This document shows, piece by piece, positions 1 to 13,010 of a stretch of 64,000 nt of DNA (position 1 is the stretch's first letter; each line of letters begins with the position of its first letter). A program made the position numbers and the translations under genes. This DNA is from the human T2T-CHM13v2.0 reference genome, Homo sapiens: NCBI RefSeq assembly GCF_009914755.1, contig NC_060926.1; one strand, 5' to 3'. The notes beneath the pieces were generated by a model. That model did not search any database, was not told the origin of the DNA, and saw only the letters and a program-made list of their open reading frames with translations.

Positions 1-225
1 AACAGAAAATAGAGAGGTGAAGGGCTGGGGGGTTGGGAAAAGAAAAGGAATTAGTTCTTAGTGGGCATAAAGTTTCACTTCTGCAAAATGAAAAAGTCTA
101 GGTACCTGTTGCACAACAGTGTAAATATACTTGACAGTGCCAACCTGTTCACTTGAAAAGTTTAAAATGATAAAGTTCATGTTATATGATTGTGACTACC
201 ATTAAAAATAAAATAAAAAATTTAA
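1..225 (+). mobile_element. Old L1 (L1MB/L1MC-like) 3' end
   Basis: Resembles L1M 3' UTR motifs (gggcataaagtttc...gaaaaagtctagg...cacaacagtgtaaatatactt) ending in an A-rich tail; subfamily judged by eye. Confidence 0.65.
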
Positions 226-422
226 AAGCACATGTATGCTTGCCAACTTTGGGACATAATTACCCAGAATAGTAGAAGCTTTATGACATCAGGTTAAAAA
301 AATAATAGCGAAACTGAGGGTCCTCTGGTTTCCGTCCCAGGACTGCCCTCATCAGTTTCAAGTTGCTACCTGCATTGCCCGGTGACAGCCACTCGTCTTT
401 CTGTTCCACTGCACTTGTTTCT

Positions 423-729
<307 letters not shown>

Positions 730-3700
730 TCAGCCACTGCTACGCTGCCGTAACTGATAGAGGCAAAGTCACTCGATGAGGGCAGACAGCTGTGTACTCT
801 GCCAGGCTACCCAGGGGAAAGTTGGGTGGGCTTGAGGATGGAGCGTAGTGGCCAGATCTGTGATTGGTGAAGATATTAGAGAACTAAGCTGGAGAGAATT
901 TGTGTTGTTGTAACTATGATGGAAGAAAAATAAAGAAAATTCGGCATGTTTTCTTGGCCAGGGACTAACACAGAAAGAAGAACACATATCTAACACCTCC
1001 CTTTAAATTTTTTAATGCACCTTCCTTCCCTGTGAAGAAACCCGGTGATCTATTATAGAACGAGATTTGCTGGAGGCCACCTGGCTGCTGTCAATGGGGC
1101 AGTCAAGTCTTCCCAAATCTGAAAACTGCGCTTTTTACATGTTACCACACCAAGGGTCTTTAGCCCTTTGAACACCTTAGCAAGTTCTCCATTTTAACCT
1201 AATGGTGCAAAACCAGGGAGGATGCCGTGATGTTAACACTTTTACCACAGAGTATGTTGCAGCCGACGTCTGTTCATTCCGTGGTGAAGCTTGGGGTTTT
1301 CCAGTTCTCGGTCCACGAAAATTAGCTGTAAAGGTTTTCTTGCTTGTGGAGGCAGCCGCAGGCCATGTCCGACTTGTCAGCCAGACACAGAAACTAACTT
1401 GCACCTCATCCGGCAGCGCTGTGTGGGGCACCCTCCAGTCTGTTTTCGGCCCTGAAACCCGTTAGTCATCCCTGCATTTTTGCCAGTCCTTTGTGGGCCA
1501 GCAGAGGCCTGTGAAGAATTTAAATCCTTAACCGTGCATACTAATGCCTGGAGGCTTCCAGAAGCCCCGTCCAGCTGCGTCTCACCCGGAGCCCAAGGCA
1601 ACTATAAACAGGCCACAGAGGCAAAGTTCTGCTGCTCAAAATTACAGCTCCTCCCGGGGACACTATTTCCCTTCTGAAAACATCTGGCTCCCAACGTTTT
1701 CTAGCTTTGAGGGAGGCAAAGAGAGGGTTATTTTAGAAAATTTTTGTAACTTTCCAGTTTTACATGGTCTTGGCCCTTCTGTGGCCTGTATAGACATTTT
1801 CCCATAACTAAGAACATACCATAAGCCTGAGGAGAAGGTCGCTTTTTATAAAAAAAAAAAAAGTCACTAAGCCTCCAAAAGTATCTTGTTTCTTGCTAGC
1901 TCACAGCCTGTGTTTGACGGATAACAAAACACATAGAAATTAATTCTTAACCATTGCCCCTGTGGGTGTTTCGTTTGGCTCTGGGTACACAGGGAAGGGA
2001 GAGCTGGGCAAAGACGGAGCCGGCGGTTCCTGGACCACCAAACCAAGCACGCTGGAGACCACGTCTGCCAAAAGTGTCCCCGTCACACTACAGCAGGAGC
2101 AGTGTCTTCCCGGGTTAGGGAGCTTGAAAAGGAAGAACCTTCTGTTGTCGACATGGGCAAATGTGTGACTGTAAATGTCCCAGGAGCCTGTATTGTTATT
2201 GTTTGTTATTGCCTGTCTCTGTGATATTGCACTGCACGTCACACGCTCCTTTAATCAGTCTAGAGGCTACATGTTTAGAACTTTACAAATCATCTAGTGC
2301 AGAAACAATAATGAAAACCGAACCCAAACCTCAGAATTCTTTTTTAAAAAAATCAATGTTAACATTCTTTCTACACTAAGACCATGTACCTGTATTTTCC
2401 CACACACGCGTTCAGTTTGTGATCATATGTGTGACATGTTTTCCTTCATTCTGATCATAGTTTAGGAATATATTCGGGTATGTAATTTATTTCACTTTCT
2501 ATTATAAGCATGTTAATGTGTTGCTACATAATCAACATTTTATTTTGATTATTGAACAATACCCTAAAGCTTGACTGCAAGACTTACATTTACTACTGTT
2601 GTTTGATATTTTTATCACTGCAATAAACACCTTTTATTATAGTTTTCTCCTTCTCTTTAGATTATTTTTTTGAGATACATTTTCATATGTCCATATATTT
2701 AGGCAAGTAATATTAGAGACAGGTATTGTGTTTTTACTAACTACTGTTTACTTGGAAGGCTTGAAATAGTGTGAGTTGAACCATCCTCATTCCTGAGTTA
2801 GAGGAAAAACTGTCCCCCAAGGTATCTGTGTCTTCACACATTCTTTACCCTTCGCAACTCTTAGTGGCACCATGTCTCTCCGGTGAAAGGGCAAAGGCCC
2901 TCTGTCTCTCCTCTCAAAGCACCCCCACCCATGCTGGTCCTTCCCCACAGCCGTCTGCTTCCAAGCTCCTTGCTGCATTCCTTGTGAGGGGAAATGGCCC
3001 CTGCAGGGTAAAGGCACGATGCTTTGCAAATAATAAACCAAAAAATCACCTCTGACTTGGGTCAAGCAATTTGACAATGCTAAGAATAAATGATGCACTT
3101 TTCAGAGCCTCCTGTTAATCATCGGGAACCTTTCTGGGCTCAGGGTCGGCCCTCACTGCAGTTCCTGCAGGAGTTACTGGCCAGGCCCAACCAGGCACCA
3201 GCTCTCCTCTAACTTCTTGACTCAGCTCTCAGAGGCTGGTCAGAAAGGCACGACCTTCCCCCAGAACCACCTTCCCAGGCTCCACGACTGGAGCAAATCA
3301 GATCCCACTTTCCTAGGAGAGTCTCCTAAAGGCCTGGAACGTGGCCCAGGCCTTCTTTAAAGTGTTTTGCCCCAGAGAGGAGTGTTTTCGCTTCTGCCTG
3401 GTACCAATCTTTCCATTCTAGAATTAGGGCTTGCTGGGCCACAGAGACAGCATGAATTGAACCCCAAATCAAAGCACTGAGTTGAGGAAGACTCTGGAGT
3501 GATATTTTTGGTCTCATTTCCCCTCCACCAGAATTCAAACAGAGTGATTATCCTGAGGGTCTGTCCCCTTTTCTCATGCTGTAATTGTCCCCTTTGCAGG
3601 ACTCAAACTTACAAAGGCCATTTCCACCGCCCTCAGGTGAAACCTATGAACCCCCATGCCTCGGCCACATTTTCCTTCTGGGAAAATCACAGCCTCAGCC

Positions 3701-4928
3701 AATCAAGGCTGCCTGTTCTTACAGATTCATACCTCTAAGACTCACCTTATTTTTCTACTTACACAGTCATAAATTTTAAAATGTTCTGTTTGTTTTTATT
3801 TTCCTGGCACTTTCTGTGCTGGGAGGGCTTCCCTAGTTCACAGGTTCGCCATGTTGCCAGAACGTGGGGCCCTCTCTCTTGTTCATTGTTCATTGTTATT
3901 AAGGACGTATGGTAGTTCTCAGCCAGTGTAGTGTCCTCTCTGTCTTCTCTGTGTTTCAGTGAAACACAAATCCAGACTCGCTTAAGCAGAGAGTTTACCT
4001 GAAGTTCTCATTTTGAGAGAGGGAGGGGACTTCATGACACAGGGTGAATGCTCTGACCCCAAAGAACTTCAAGCATCTCAGGCAGAAAAGCACTTTTGTT
4101 TTAGGAGGAGGGAGTAACCAAGCCTAGAACACCTGGGTGAGGCATGGAGGGGCCCGTGGCGCAGTGGACAGTGGGCAGGAAATGGGTCAGCCCACTGGGA
4201 AGAGATGGAGGGGAGGGTGGGGTCCCCATCGCAGCATTCATGGGTGGGCTTGGCCGAGAGGAGAAGCTGAGTCGAAGTTCGGCTAACAAGTATTTTTTTA
4301 AGATAGATCAGTGGAGTCAAAGCAGTTCAGCTACACATCTGTGGGACAAAAATGGGAATGCAGAGGGTCTGATTCTGGCCCTGTCACTGGTGAGTCTTGT
4401 CTGTGTCATGTGGGGAAGGTGGTTCTTTTCAGTGGCTGCTGGAGCTCAAAGTTGTGGGAGGGTGGCTCTTAACTTGCCCTCTTTTCCCCATCACAGGGCA
4501 GGGGAAAGTCCGATGTTGGCAGTAGTTACTGAAACAGATTTTTGTCCCTGGTGGATTTCATTTGGTGTCCAGAGTTTAACTGTTACGGAGTTCTCTATGC
4601 TACAATTTTGTTGAGTTCATATTTCAGGGGCCCTGCTGCTGTGTACGGTGGCCTTCAGCCAGGACGTGTCTTGGCCCTGGCCGTGAGAGCCATCTGGGCT
4701 GGGTGAGGCTGTGCCCACCTCAGAGGTGGGGCCAAGGACCTCTGTCTTCTCTGGTGGAAAGAGCCCTTCTCAGGGTCTAAACAGAAACATGGGAGCTTTT
4801 GTGAAACCATTATAATCTCCTGGGAACAGAAGCTTAAGGGTTTTAGTCTCTTGATTTTTAGTATTAAGGAGTTTGGGATTGTATGCATACATCAAAACTC
4901 AGTCTTTCTTGGCTATATATTTTATAGC

Positions 4929-5327
4929 TTTAAAACTCCTATATTAAATAACCCTTCCAATACTGCTACAAATTAAAAACCTGGACCAAGTGGACCCCAA
5001 CTAACTACTGCAGCCACCCCTGCTGGGGGCAAGCCAGAGCCCACTAAAACAGGACATTTGGCTACATTTACAGGGCTGTTTAAATGATTTGAAGCAACAG
5101 ATGTGTATATTGACTTGGAAGGTTTTGCAGGAAACTGTGTTTCAGTACTTAAATAGCATACTGTAAGGGCTGACCTTGATCCAAGGGGTCACAAATGTCA
5201 CCTCGTTGGGAGGTGTCTTTTCCAGGATCTACGTTATAATTATGATCTCCTTGGAAGCACCAGGGGAGAAATTCCAGATGGTTTTGCAAGGATAAAGTGA
5301 GAGCAAATGAACATCCAGGTTATGTAT
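4929..5327. repeat. 399-bp direct repeat, copy A (probable donor)
   Basis: Matches 9042-9440 with 3 substitutions found by eye (gctaca/gctgca, aagtgga/aagggga, ggctgtt/ggcggtt). Confidence 0.95.
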
Positions 5328-5449
5328 TCTTACTCTATTAATTTCTACTTGAACTCATTTTTAATGTGTTTTTACTAATATTAAGAAAATAAGCCATGAT
5401 ATAAAGTGTTGGAAAGGAAAACCCTGACTGCACACCCCAGCCCCGTAAC

Positions 5450-6535
5450 ATGCAGAGCGTTTTCTCTTCTGTCTTCCTTTCTGGCCTCTTGACACAGAAA
5501 CGCGCAGGGCCTTTTCCCTTCTGTCTGCCTTTCCGGCCTCTGGACACAGAAACGCGCGGGGCCTTTTCCCTTCTGTCTGCCTTTCCGGCCTCTTGACATA
5601 GAAACGCGCGGAGCGTTTTCCCTTCTGTCTGCCTTTCCGGCCTGTTGACGTGGAAACGCGCGGGGCCTTTCCCCTTCTGTCTGCCTTTCCGGCCTGTTGA
5701 CGTGGAGACGCGCGGGGCCTTTCCCCTTCTGTCTGCCTTTCCGGCCTGTTGACGTGGAGACGCGCGGGGCCTTTCCCCTTCTGTCTGCCTTTCCGGCCTG
5801 TTGACGTGGAGACGCGCGGGGCCTTTTCCCTTCTGTCTGCCTTTCCGGCCTGTTGACGTGGAGACGCGCGGGGCCTTTTCCCTTCTGTCTGCCTTTCCGG
5901 CCTGTTGACGTGGAGACGCGCGGGGCCTTTTCCCTTCTGTCTGCCTTTCCGGCCTGTTGACGTGGAGACGCGCGGGGCCTTTTCCCTTCTGTCTGCCTTT
6001 CCGGCCTGTTGACGTGGAGACGCGCGGGGCCTTTTCCCTTCTGTCTGCCTTTCCGGCCTGTTGACGTGGAGACGCGCGGGGCCTTTTCCCTTCTGTCTGC
6101 CTTTCCGGCCTGTTGACGTGGAGACGCGCGGGGCCTTTTCCCTTCTGTCTGCCTTTCCGGCCTGTTGACGTGGAGACGCGCGGGGCCTTTTCCCTTCTGT
6201 CTGCCTTTCCGGCCTGTTGACGTGGAGACGCGCGGGGCCTTTTCCCTTCTGTCTGCCTTTCCGGCCTGTTGACGTGGAGACGCGCGGGGCCTTTTCCCTT
6301 CTGTCTGCCTTTCCGGCCTGTTGACGTGGAGACGCGCGGGGCCTTTTCCCTTCTGTCTGCCTTTCCGGCCTGTTGACGTGGAGACGCGCGGGGCCTTTTC
6401 CCTTCTGTCTGCCTTTCCGGCCTGTTGACGTGGAGACGCGCGGGGCCTTTTCCCTTCTGTCTGCCTTTCCGGCCTGTTGACACGGAGACGCGCGGGGCCT
6501 TTTCCCTTCTGTCTTCCTTTCCGGCCTCTTGACGT
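5450..6535. repeat. 52-bp CpG-rich VNTR, ~20-21 copies
   Basis: Unit gttgacgtggagacgcgcggggccttttcccttctgtctgcctttccggcct; period 52 (tgacgtgg at 5646, 5698 ... 6426); degenerate edge units. Confidence 0.97.
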
Positions 6536-8029
6536 AGTCTACTTTTACTCAGCTCCTGTCATAGTGCTTGTAAGGTCGTGTATCCTAAATTTTCTCTAAA
6601 TGATATATCATAAGCACTTTTCTATGTTGTCATTTAGTTGTAGTAATCAACATTTTAATGACTAAGTGATATTTCAGAGCATTTCAACATTCCTGAATAA
6701 AATGATAATATGGCCGTAAAAACAATGAGGTTGTACCACAATAGAAGAAATATAACTCTAGTCTTTAAGAAAGAAACGTTACTACCTGTGTGGCTAACAG
6801 TTGCTGGCTTTTCTCTATGTTTCTCATACTTTGGAATGAATTAGCTCTAGAATAAAGTCAGCATATTGTGTGTCTGAGTCCTGAACTTCTGGCTGGTGGA
6901 CACAGATCTCTGTTGTATGCAGCCTTCTTGCTGGCCAAGTAGATCAGCACAGAGACACTGAGCTCACTCTGGCTTTCTCTGTTCTCCAGCCTGGCCCCCT
7001 GCATTCCCACAGCTTAAAGTTTATTTTAAGCTTTATTCTTTCCCACGTCCTTTGTTTTTTTTAGATAACGTTCATGTAATTATGAAAATAAATTCAGAGC
7101 AAAGCTGTCTTTCTGAGGGCAGGGGTGCGTTGCCGGCAGCCGAGGCCTGCTGGGGATAGTGTTCCTCGTCTGCCAGTGCTTGTTCTGTGGGAATAAAGCA
7201 ACAGGATCATTTTAGAATAATTAGGGAAAAAATACAAAACACTGAGGGTGAATTAGCCCTGCCAATCTGGTGGTCGTTCCTGAGTTCAGCAAATTTGCAT
7301 CCATATGTATCTGTGTCTTGTGACTGCATTGATTTGGTTTTCAACTTCTTTGCAAGAATACAAGCTACGGGGAGGCTGCCTCCTCAGTAGAGCCTGTGTT
7401 CACTGATGTGGCCCTGTGGTAACAGCGAGGACAGCAAGGTGACGGGTGCAGCTCCTGCCCTTCAGGCACTCACAGTCCTGAAGAAGACAGAGGAAGAAAA
7501 GCCCGTTGTCCAGCAAGCTTGTGAGGTGGCTGAAGCCTGTCTCCACTGTATCCAGGGCAGAAAAATACCGGCGAGACTTCAGCGGGGCTGAGGCCTAACT
7601 GAAACCCAGATGAGCTTTGGTTTTATTTCTTAGTATGATGTCACCTAGTGAGTTTCACCAAATATTGCATTTGCATAATGCATTTTTGTGCTACTTTTCT
7701 AGACCCCAGAAGTGACAAGAGGGCAGGAAACTTCTGGCTCACGCCAGCACGGTAACCACTGCTTCTGTCCGTCTCCTCGACAGTCCGCACACCACTGCAC
7801 AAGGCAGCGGTTTATCTTTTTAATTCTCTGCTTCATTGGCATAGCCTTGACTGGCAAACAGTAGGTATTCAATAAATATGGTACTTATATTGATGGAATA
7901 GATTATTATATTATCATTTAACATAGTAGATTTTTGTATTAGACTTTTAATATACAGTGGTCTTAATATATACATAGGTGAAACAAAATGGGAATTAGAA
8001 GGCTTACCTAACTTCCATTTGTCAACGGC

Positions 8030-8230
8030 ATTTATTCAATAAAAGTGTATTTTAGTGCTTACGACACACCAGTTAGCAGGCTCAGCTCTGAAGACACCGT
8101 GACACAGTTTTTGTCTTTTCAGGGAGTTGATTGCTATCTGGTGGGAGATACAGAGTGGAGGCAGGCATGGGAAATACAGTGCGTTAAAGGTAGGTTCAGA
8201 TTGAGTGGAGCAGCTTTAAAGGACTAAGTG
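8030..8230 (-). mobile_element. L2 3' fragment
   Basis: catttattcaataaaagtgtattttagtgcttac...gtcttttcagggagttgattgctatctggtgggagatacag resembles the reverse complement of an L2 3' end. Confidence 0.5.
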
Positions 8231-8889
8231 TCTGGCCAGTCTTCAATAAACATGAAACTGAAGTTAGAACCAAGAAGTATCCAAGAAATCACCTGGTACA
8301 GCAACTCCGGAACTAACAGCCTGTAGGACACTCAGTGGGCTCCTGGTTTCATATTCCATAATGCAAACATCTACTGAGGACCATGCTAGACAGCGGCAAA
8401 GGCCAAAAAAAGCACCAGGACTTGACTTCAGCTACAATCCAAGCAATCAGATGTGCTTTTACATGTCAATTGCATGCAAACCACCAGTGCAAGTTTGAAG
8501 TGTTACGTGACAAGAGTAGTAAGAATCGCCTTCAATGATGCATAGGGAGCATTCACTATGGGCCCAGCACCCCACAAGACCACCTCTATGCATTATCTTG
8601 TTTTATGCCATTAGACATTTGAGAAACCTGAAATTCAAAGACGGCAGCCACTCAGACAAGGTCAGGGAGCTGGTAGCAGCAGATCCAGGGTCCAGCCCCG
8701 ACAGCCGAGCTCCAGCTCTGGCGTTTGACCACCCTGCGAATCCTATTATACCACTTGACCTAAAATTCATGTGCAAATATAGAAATTACTTCACGCTCAG
8801 GACTTGGAGGATTATTATCAAAGGCCCCTGCGGGTAGGTGATTGGGAGTCATGGCTGGGAAGAGCTGAACTCCTCATGTTCTCATGGCT

Positions 8890-9490
8890 GATCCGAGAGC
8901 CCTGGGTTTGGAAGCAGAACACCCACCTGTTTAGAGCTGTGATTCTGTCACTTCCTAGGGGTGTGATGGTGGGAATTAACCAAGTTTCTTCACCAGTAAT
9001 ATTTGCACAATAACACCGTCCTCATTCTGCTGTCTATAGTATTTAAAACTCCTATATTAAATAACCCTTCCAATACTGCTGCAAATTAAAAACCTGGACC
9101 AAGGGGACCCCAACTAACTACTGCAGCCACCCCTGCTGGGGGCAAGCCAGAGCCCACTAAAACAGGACATTTGGCTACATTTACAGGGCGGTTTAAATGA
9201 TTTGAAGCAACAGATGTGTATATTGACTTGGAAGGTTTTGCAGGAAACTGTGTTTCAGTACTTAAATAGCATACTGTAAGGGCTGACCTTGATCCAAGGG
9301 GTCACAAATGTCACCTCGTTGGGAGGTGTCTTTTCCAGGATCTACGTTATAATTATGATCTCCTTGGAAGCACCAGGGGAGAAATTCCAGATGGTTTTGC
9401 AAGGATAAAGTGAGAGCAAATGAACATCCAGGTTATGTATGGATGTTCATGGAGGATTAAGTGAGAGAATGGTGTGGAAAGTACCAGGTA
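8890..9490 (+). mobile_element. MIR, split in two by the 399-bp duplicate
   Basis: aataacaccgtcctcattctgctgtc before 9036 and atggaggattaagtgagagaatggtgtggaaagtac after 9449 resemble adjacent parts of the MIR core. Confidence 0.65.
9042..9440. repeat. 399-bp direct repeat, copy B (probable derived insertion)
   Basis: ~99% identical to 4929-5327; offset 4113 bp; fold-back 11-bp inverted repeat at the right junction. Confidence 0.95.
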
Positions 9491-10573
9491 AACCAGGAGG
9501 CCTGAAGCACACGTGTAATATGTTTATTATTTGACTTAAATGAAAGCATGGATATTTTTAAAGGTTAAAGAAAAAGGTTCACCATTTTAAACTCATGTAA
9601 AATCATTATATAAAATTATTATTGCTTTTAACTGAGTTCTTGAATCATTTCTTCTTAATTCAAACAAGTCATTATTCTGTGACCAGTAGGAGTTTTTGAG
9701 ATCAGTCTGTTTGCTACTAAATTTGTCTGCACTTGGGACTTCACTCAAGAGGAATGCCAGCTTTCTTGTGTGGAACCAGAGGCAGTCGGGGCCTGAGCCA
9801 GCAGCACTACCTGATCGAGGAACAGGTGCACTGAGAAAACAGAGAAGCCACTCAAGACTGTTAACTTTTTGTTTGAAAGCTGCATCAAAGTCTGGGTAGC
9901 CTTCCCAGAAATACTATTCAGTACATGAGCACAGCAGCCTGGGACCTGCAGGGCTCCGCAGGTGACCCTGGCTAACTCCACTGGAAGGGCCCCGCCTCCA
10001 GCAACATCTTCCTCAGTTTCCACCTTCTGTCCTTTGCTGATTTAGTCCCACAAGAACTTGAGTCTGAAGACAGCTTTGTTTTCACTGCTGTGATAACAAA
10101 AACACAATTATGAAATAATGTAAACGCTCATGCAAAAACACACAGAAAAGCCAAACACAACAGTGGCCCAGCCAAGCTCTGCGAGCTTAGTCCTGTGTGC
10201 TGTGAATGCCCTGGGCCCCTCTGGATGCCAAGTGCCATGGACTCAGGCCTTAAAGGAATTTTCAAGCAACACTTTAAATATACGCATTTCAAAAAGTGAC
10301 TTATACACAAAATTCAAGTGCGATGGTGTACTTTTTGTTATTTTTACTAACTAGAATATAGGGCTCGTGTACATTTTACAAATTTGTTTTGCTTTAGCCT
10401 TTTGTTATCCCATCAAATCGCTGTCAGGGTCACCAGGCCAGTCCTTTTCCTCCTGCCTGCTGTGGGTGTGATATGCATTCTGTAAAACAGGTGTCTGGCA
10501 TGGTTTTTGCTCTCATTTTGTTGCTTTTATGTTCTTTGATATGGTTAAACCTATCTTTTATTTACAAGGTGGC

Positions 10574-10926
10574 TGACATGGCTTGGTTCTGTGTTCCTGC
10601 TCAAATCTCGTGTCAAATTGTAATCCCTAGAGTTGGAGGAGGGTCCTGGTGGGAAGTGACTGAACCATGGGGTGAATTTCCCCCTCGCTGTTCTCGTGAT
10701 AGAGCTCTCAGGAAATGCGGTTGTTTGAAAGTACGCAGCACCTTCCCCGTTGCTCTCTCCCTCTCTCCCTCTTCGCCATGTGAAGAAGGTGCAGCTTCCC
10801 CTTCCTTCTGCAATGATTATAAGTTCCCTGAGGCCTCCCCTACCATGCTTCCTTTACAACCTGTTTCTTCATAGACTACCCGGTATCAGGTAGCTCTTCG
10901 TAGCAGGGTGAGAATGGACCGATGCA
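10574..10926 (+). mobile_element. MaLR solo LTR (MSTA/THE1-like) with a small 3' deletion
   Basis: tgacatggcttggttctgtgtt...gagaatggaccgatgca; TG...CA ends; 5-bp TSD gtggc/gcggc; the attaaa segment is missing. Confidence 0.88.
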
Positions 10927-12098
10927 GCGGCTCTCCAAGGACTGCAGGTGAGTGTAGAGGCAAATCATTCTTTGCAGCTGCATGTCACGGTCACAGCACC
11001 TTAGATGTGCATGAGGTCCTGGTGTGATGTGGAGGCACTTCCCAAACACTGCAGCCAAGACCAGACTGTAGCAGACAGCCCTGCGTCACTCGAGACACAC
11101 AGCCAGACACCATCATAGCCTCCCAGCTGTTTCCAGAAATGCCTAACGCACCCACTACGTTTGGTCATTACTGCTATATAAAGAAATTCACTTGTATTGG
11201 TCTTTTTTTTCTTACTATTCCCTGGATGTTTCATTAGTAATTTCACAATTGAGGATCTCTGTGAACAGTGTGCAGTAGCTTCACATTCCTAGGGAGACAT
11301 GAAGGATAAAATTCTGGGTCCAGGGTCAGGCGTGCCAGGTGAGCCAGCTTCTCATGTTTTGTGAATTTGAGTTTCCTCCTGCTCAGCTCCGTGCACACGA
11401 GAGCCTCCCAGAGCGCCAGGGACAATGTGGGAGGTTATCAAAGTTCTGTTTCACTCCCCAGAGTTCACTTCCAAATTTTCATCTTGTCTATTGTCAGGCT
11501 ACCCGGAATCTCAGCCTCAGCAGCTGTGACCCTGCCATGCACCAGGCATGGGCTTTTCTGTGCAGCCTCCTGTCAGCTTGCCGCATGCCTTCGGTTAATT
11601 GTCAGAGTTCTGAAATGGTTGTTTTTGGCACTTCTGTCAAGCTTTTGCATTGCTTTCTGAAGCAGGGATTGGCCGAACTTCTTACTCTGCCATTTTGGGA
11701 ATCCCCAGACAGCACAATGACCCTTCCCCGACCTAAGATGGATATTTCACTGAAGATTCGCCATGAGTTAGGGCACGGAAATCCTCAAAGCCCTACATTT
11801 TGCTATTTTAAAAGATTCCTTTCTCACTTGTATGTATTCAATTTGGGCAGTGGGTTGTGGGGAGGGGAAATGCTGACTTGTCTATTCTGATTGAATTATA
11901 TTAGATCTGTGCCTTTGTTTTAATTTATAGAGACATTTAGAATTGCCATTTTACATAACTATAATCCCTGACAAATTTGCCTAATCTAAAAATATGATAA
12001 TCAGGACTTTAGCATGTTGAAACCCAACATGCTAATGAAAATCTAGAGCAAGAGTAATCCCTGAAGGACCAAATATTATTCTAACCTTTTATAGCATT

Positions 12099-12476
12099 TG
12101 ATATGTTGGAATCTGTGTCCCCACCCAACTTTCATGTCCAGTTGTTATCCTCAGTGTTGGAGGAGGGACCTGGTGGGAGGTGACTGGCTCATGGGCACAG
12201 ATTTCTCCCTTGCTGTCTCGTGATAGTGAGTGAGTTATCACAAGATCTGGTTGCTTAAAAGCATGTAGCACCTTCCCCTTCTATCTCTTCCTCCTGCTCC
12301 GGCCATGTGAGGATGTGCCTGCTTCCCCTTTGCCTTCCACCATGATTGTAAGTTTCCTGAGGCCTCCCCAGCTATGCTTCCTGTACAGCCTGTGGAACTG
12401 TGAGCCAATTAACTCTCTTTTCTTTATAAATTACCAGTCTCAGATGTTTATAGCAGTGCAAGAACAAACTAATACA
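12099..12476 (+). mobile_element. MaLR solo LTR (MSTA-like)
   Basis: tgatatgttggaatctgtgtccccaccc...gaacaaactaataca; flanked by catt on both sides. Confidence 0.9.
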
Positions 12477-13010
12477 CATTAGAATAGAATCAGTAGCAAT
12501 GCATTTCTCAGATCATGCTTATTTTATAAGCCCCCCAAATTTAATATAAGTGAAATTCAATCAGTAACATGTTTCATTAATTTTAGACATAGCATCATTT
12601 ATTTTATAGCTTATAAAAGCTCAAACCACAGAACTTGACTTTCAAATTGTTCTATGTCAATTTTTACAGAATTGTCTAAAACAATTCTTCTACTGCCTGT
12701 ATTAGCATTTCTCTTCCATAATGCTGGCTTTAAGAATCTCATGAATCACAGATATTTGGCATATTTTCTTAAAAACAGGTGCCAAGCTCTCTTATAGTGC
12801 TGCTTTTCAAACATCAGTCATTCATGTAGAATTTCACATTTTTTCCATATGAGAAAATCACATTCTCTTCATCTTTTTCAAAAGGAAATCTTATCTTATA
12901 TTGGTAACTTAAATGAAATATTGGTATAATTTGAAATAAATAAAAACTAACTAAAATATTTACATGTAACTGGGGGCTTACATGTGTCATTTTAAAAAAA
13001 TAAATAGAAG

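Noticed and set aside
5338-6483. 381-aa basic repetitive ORF
   Set aside because: Translation of the 52-bp VNTR cycling through frames; non-ATG start and no gene structure.
4929-9440. 399-bp direct repeats as LTRs of a retroelement
   Set aside because: No TG...CA termini, TSD, primer-binding site or internal retroviral sequence.
10574-12476. Two same-orientation MST-like LTRs as a full MaLR provirus
   Set aside because: Each LTR has its own flanking duplication and the intervening 1.2 kb does not look like MST internal sequence; these are two independent solo LTRs.
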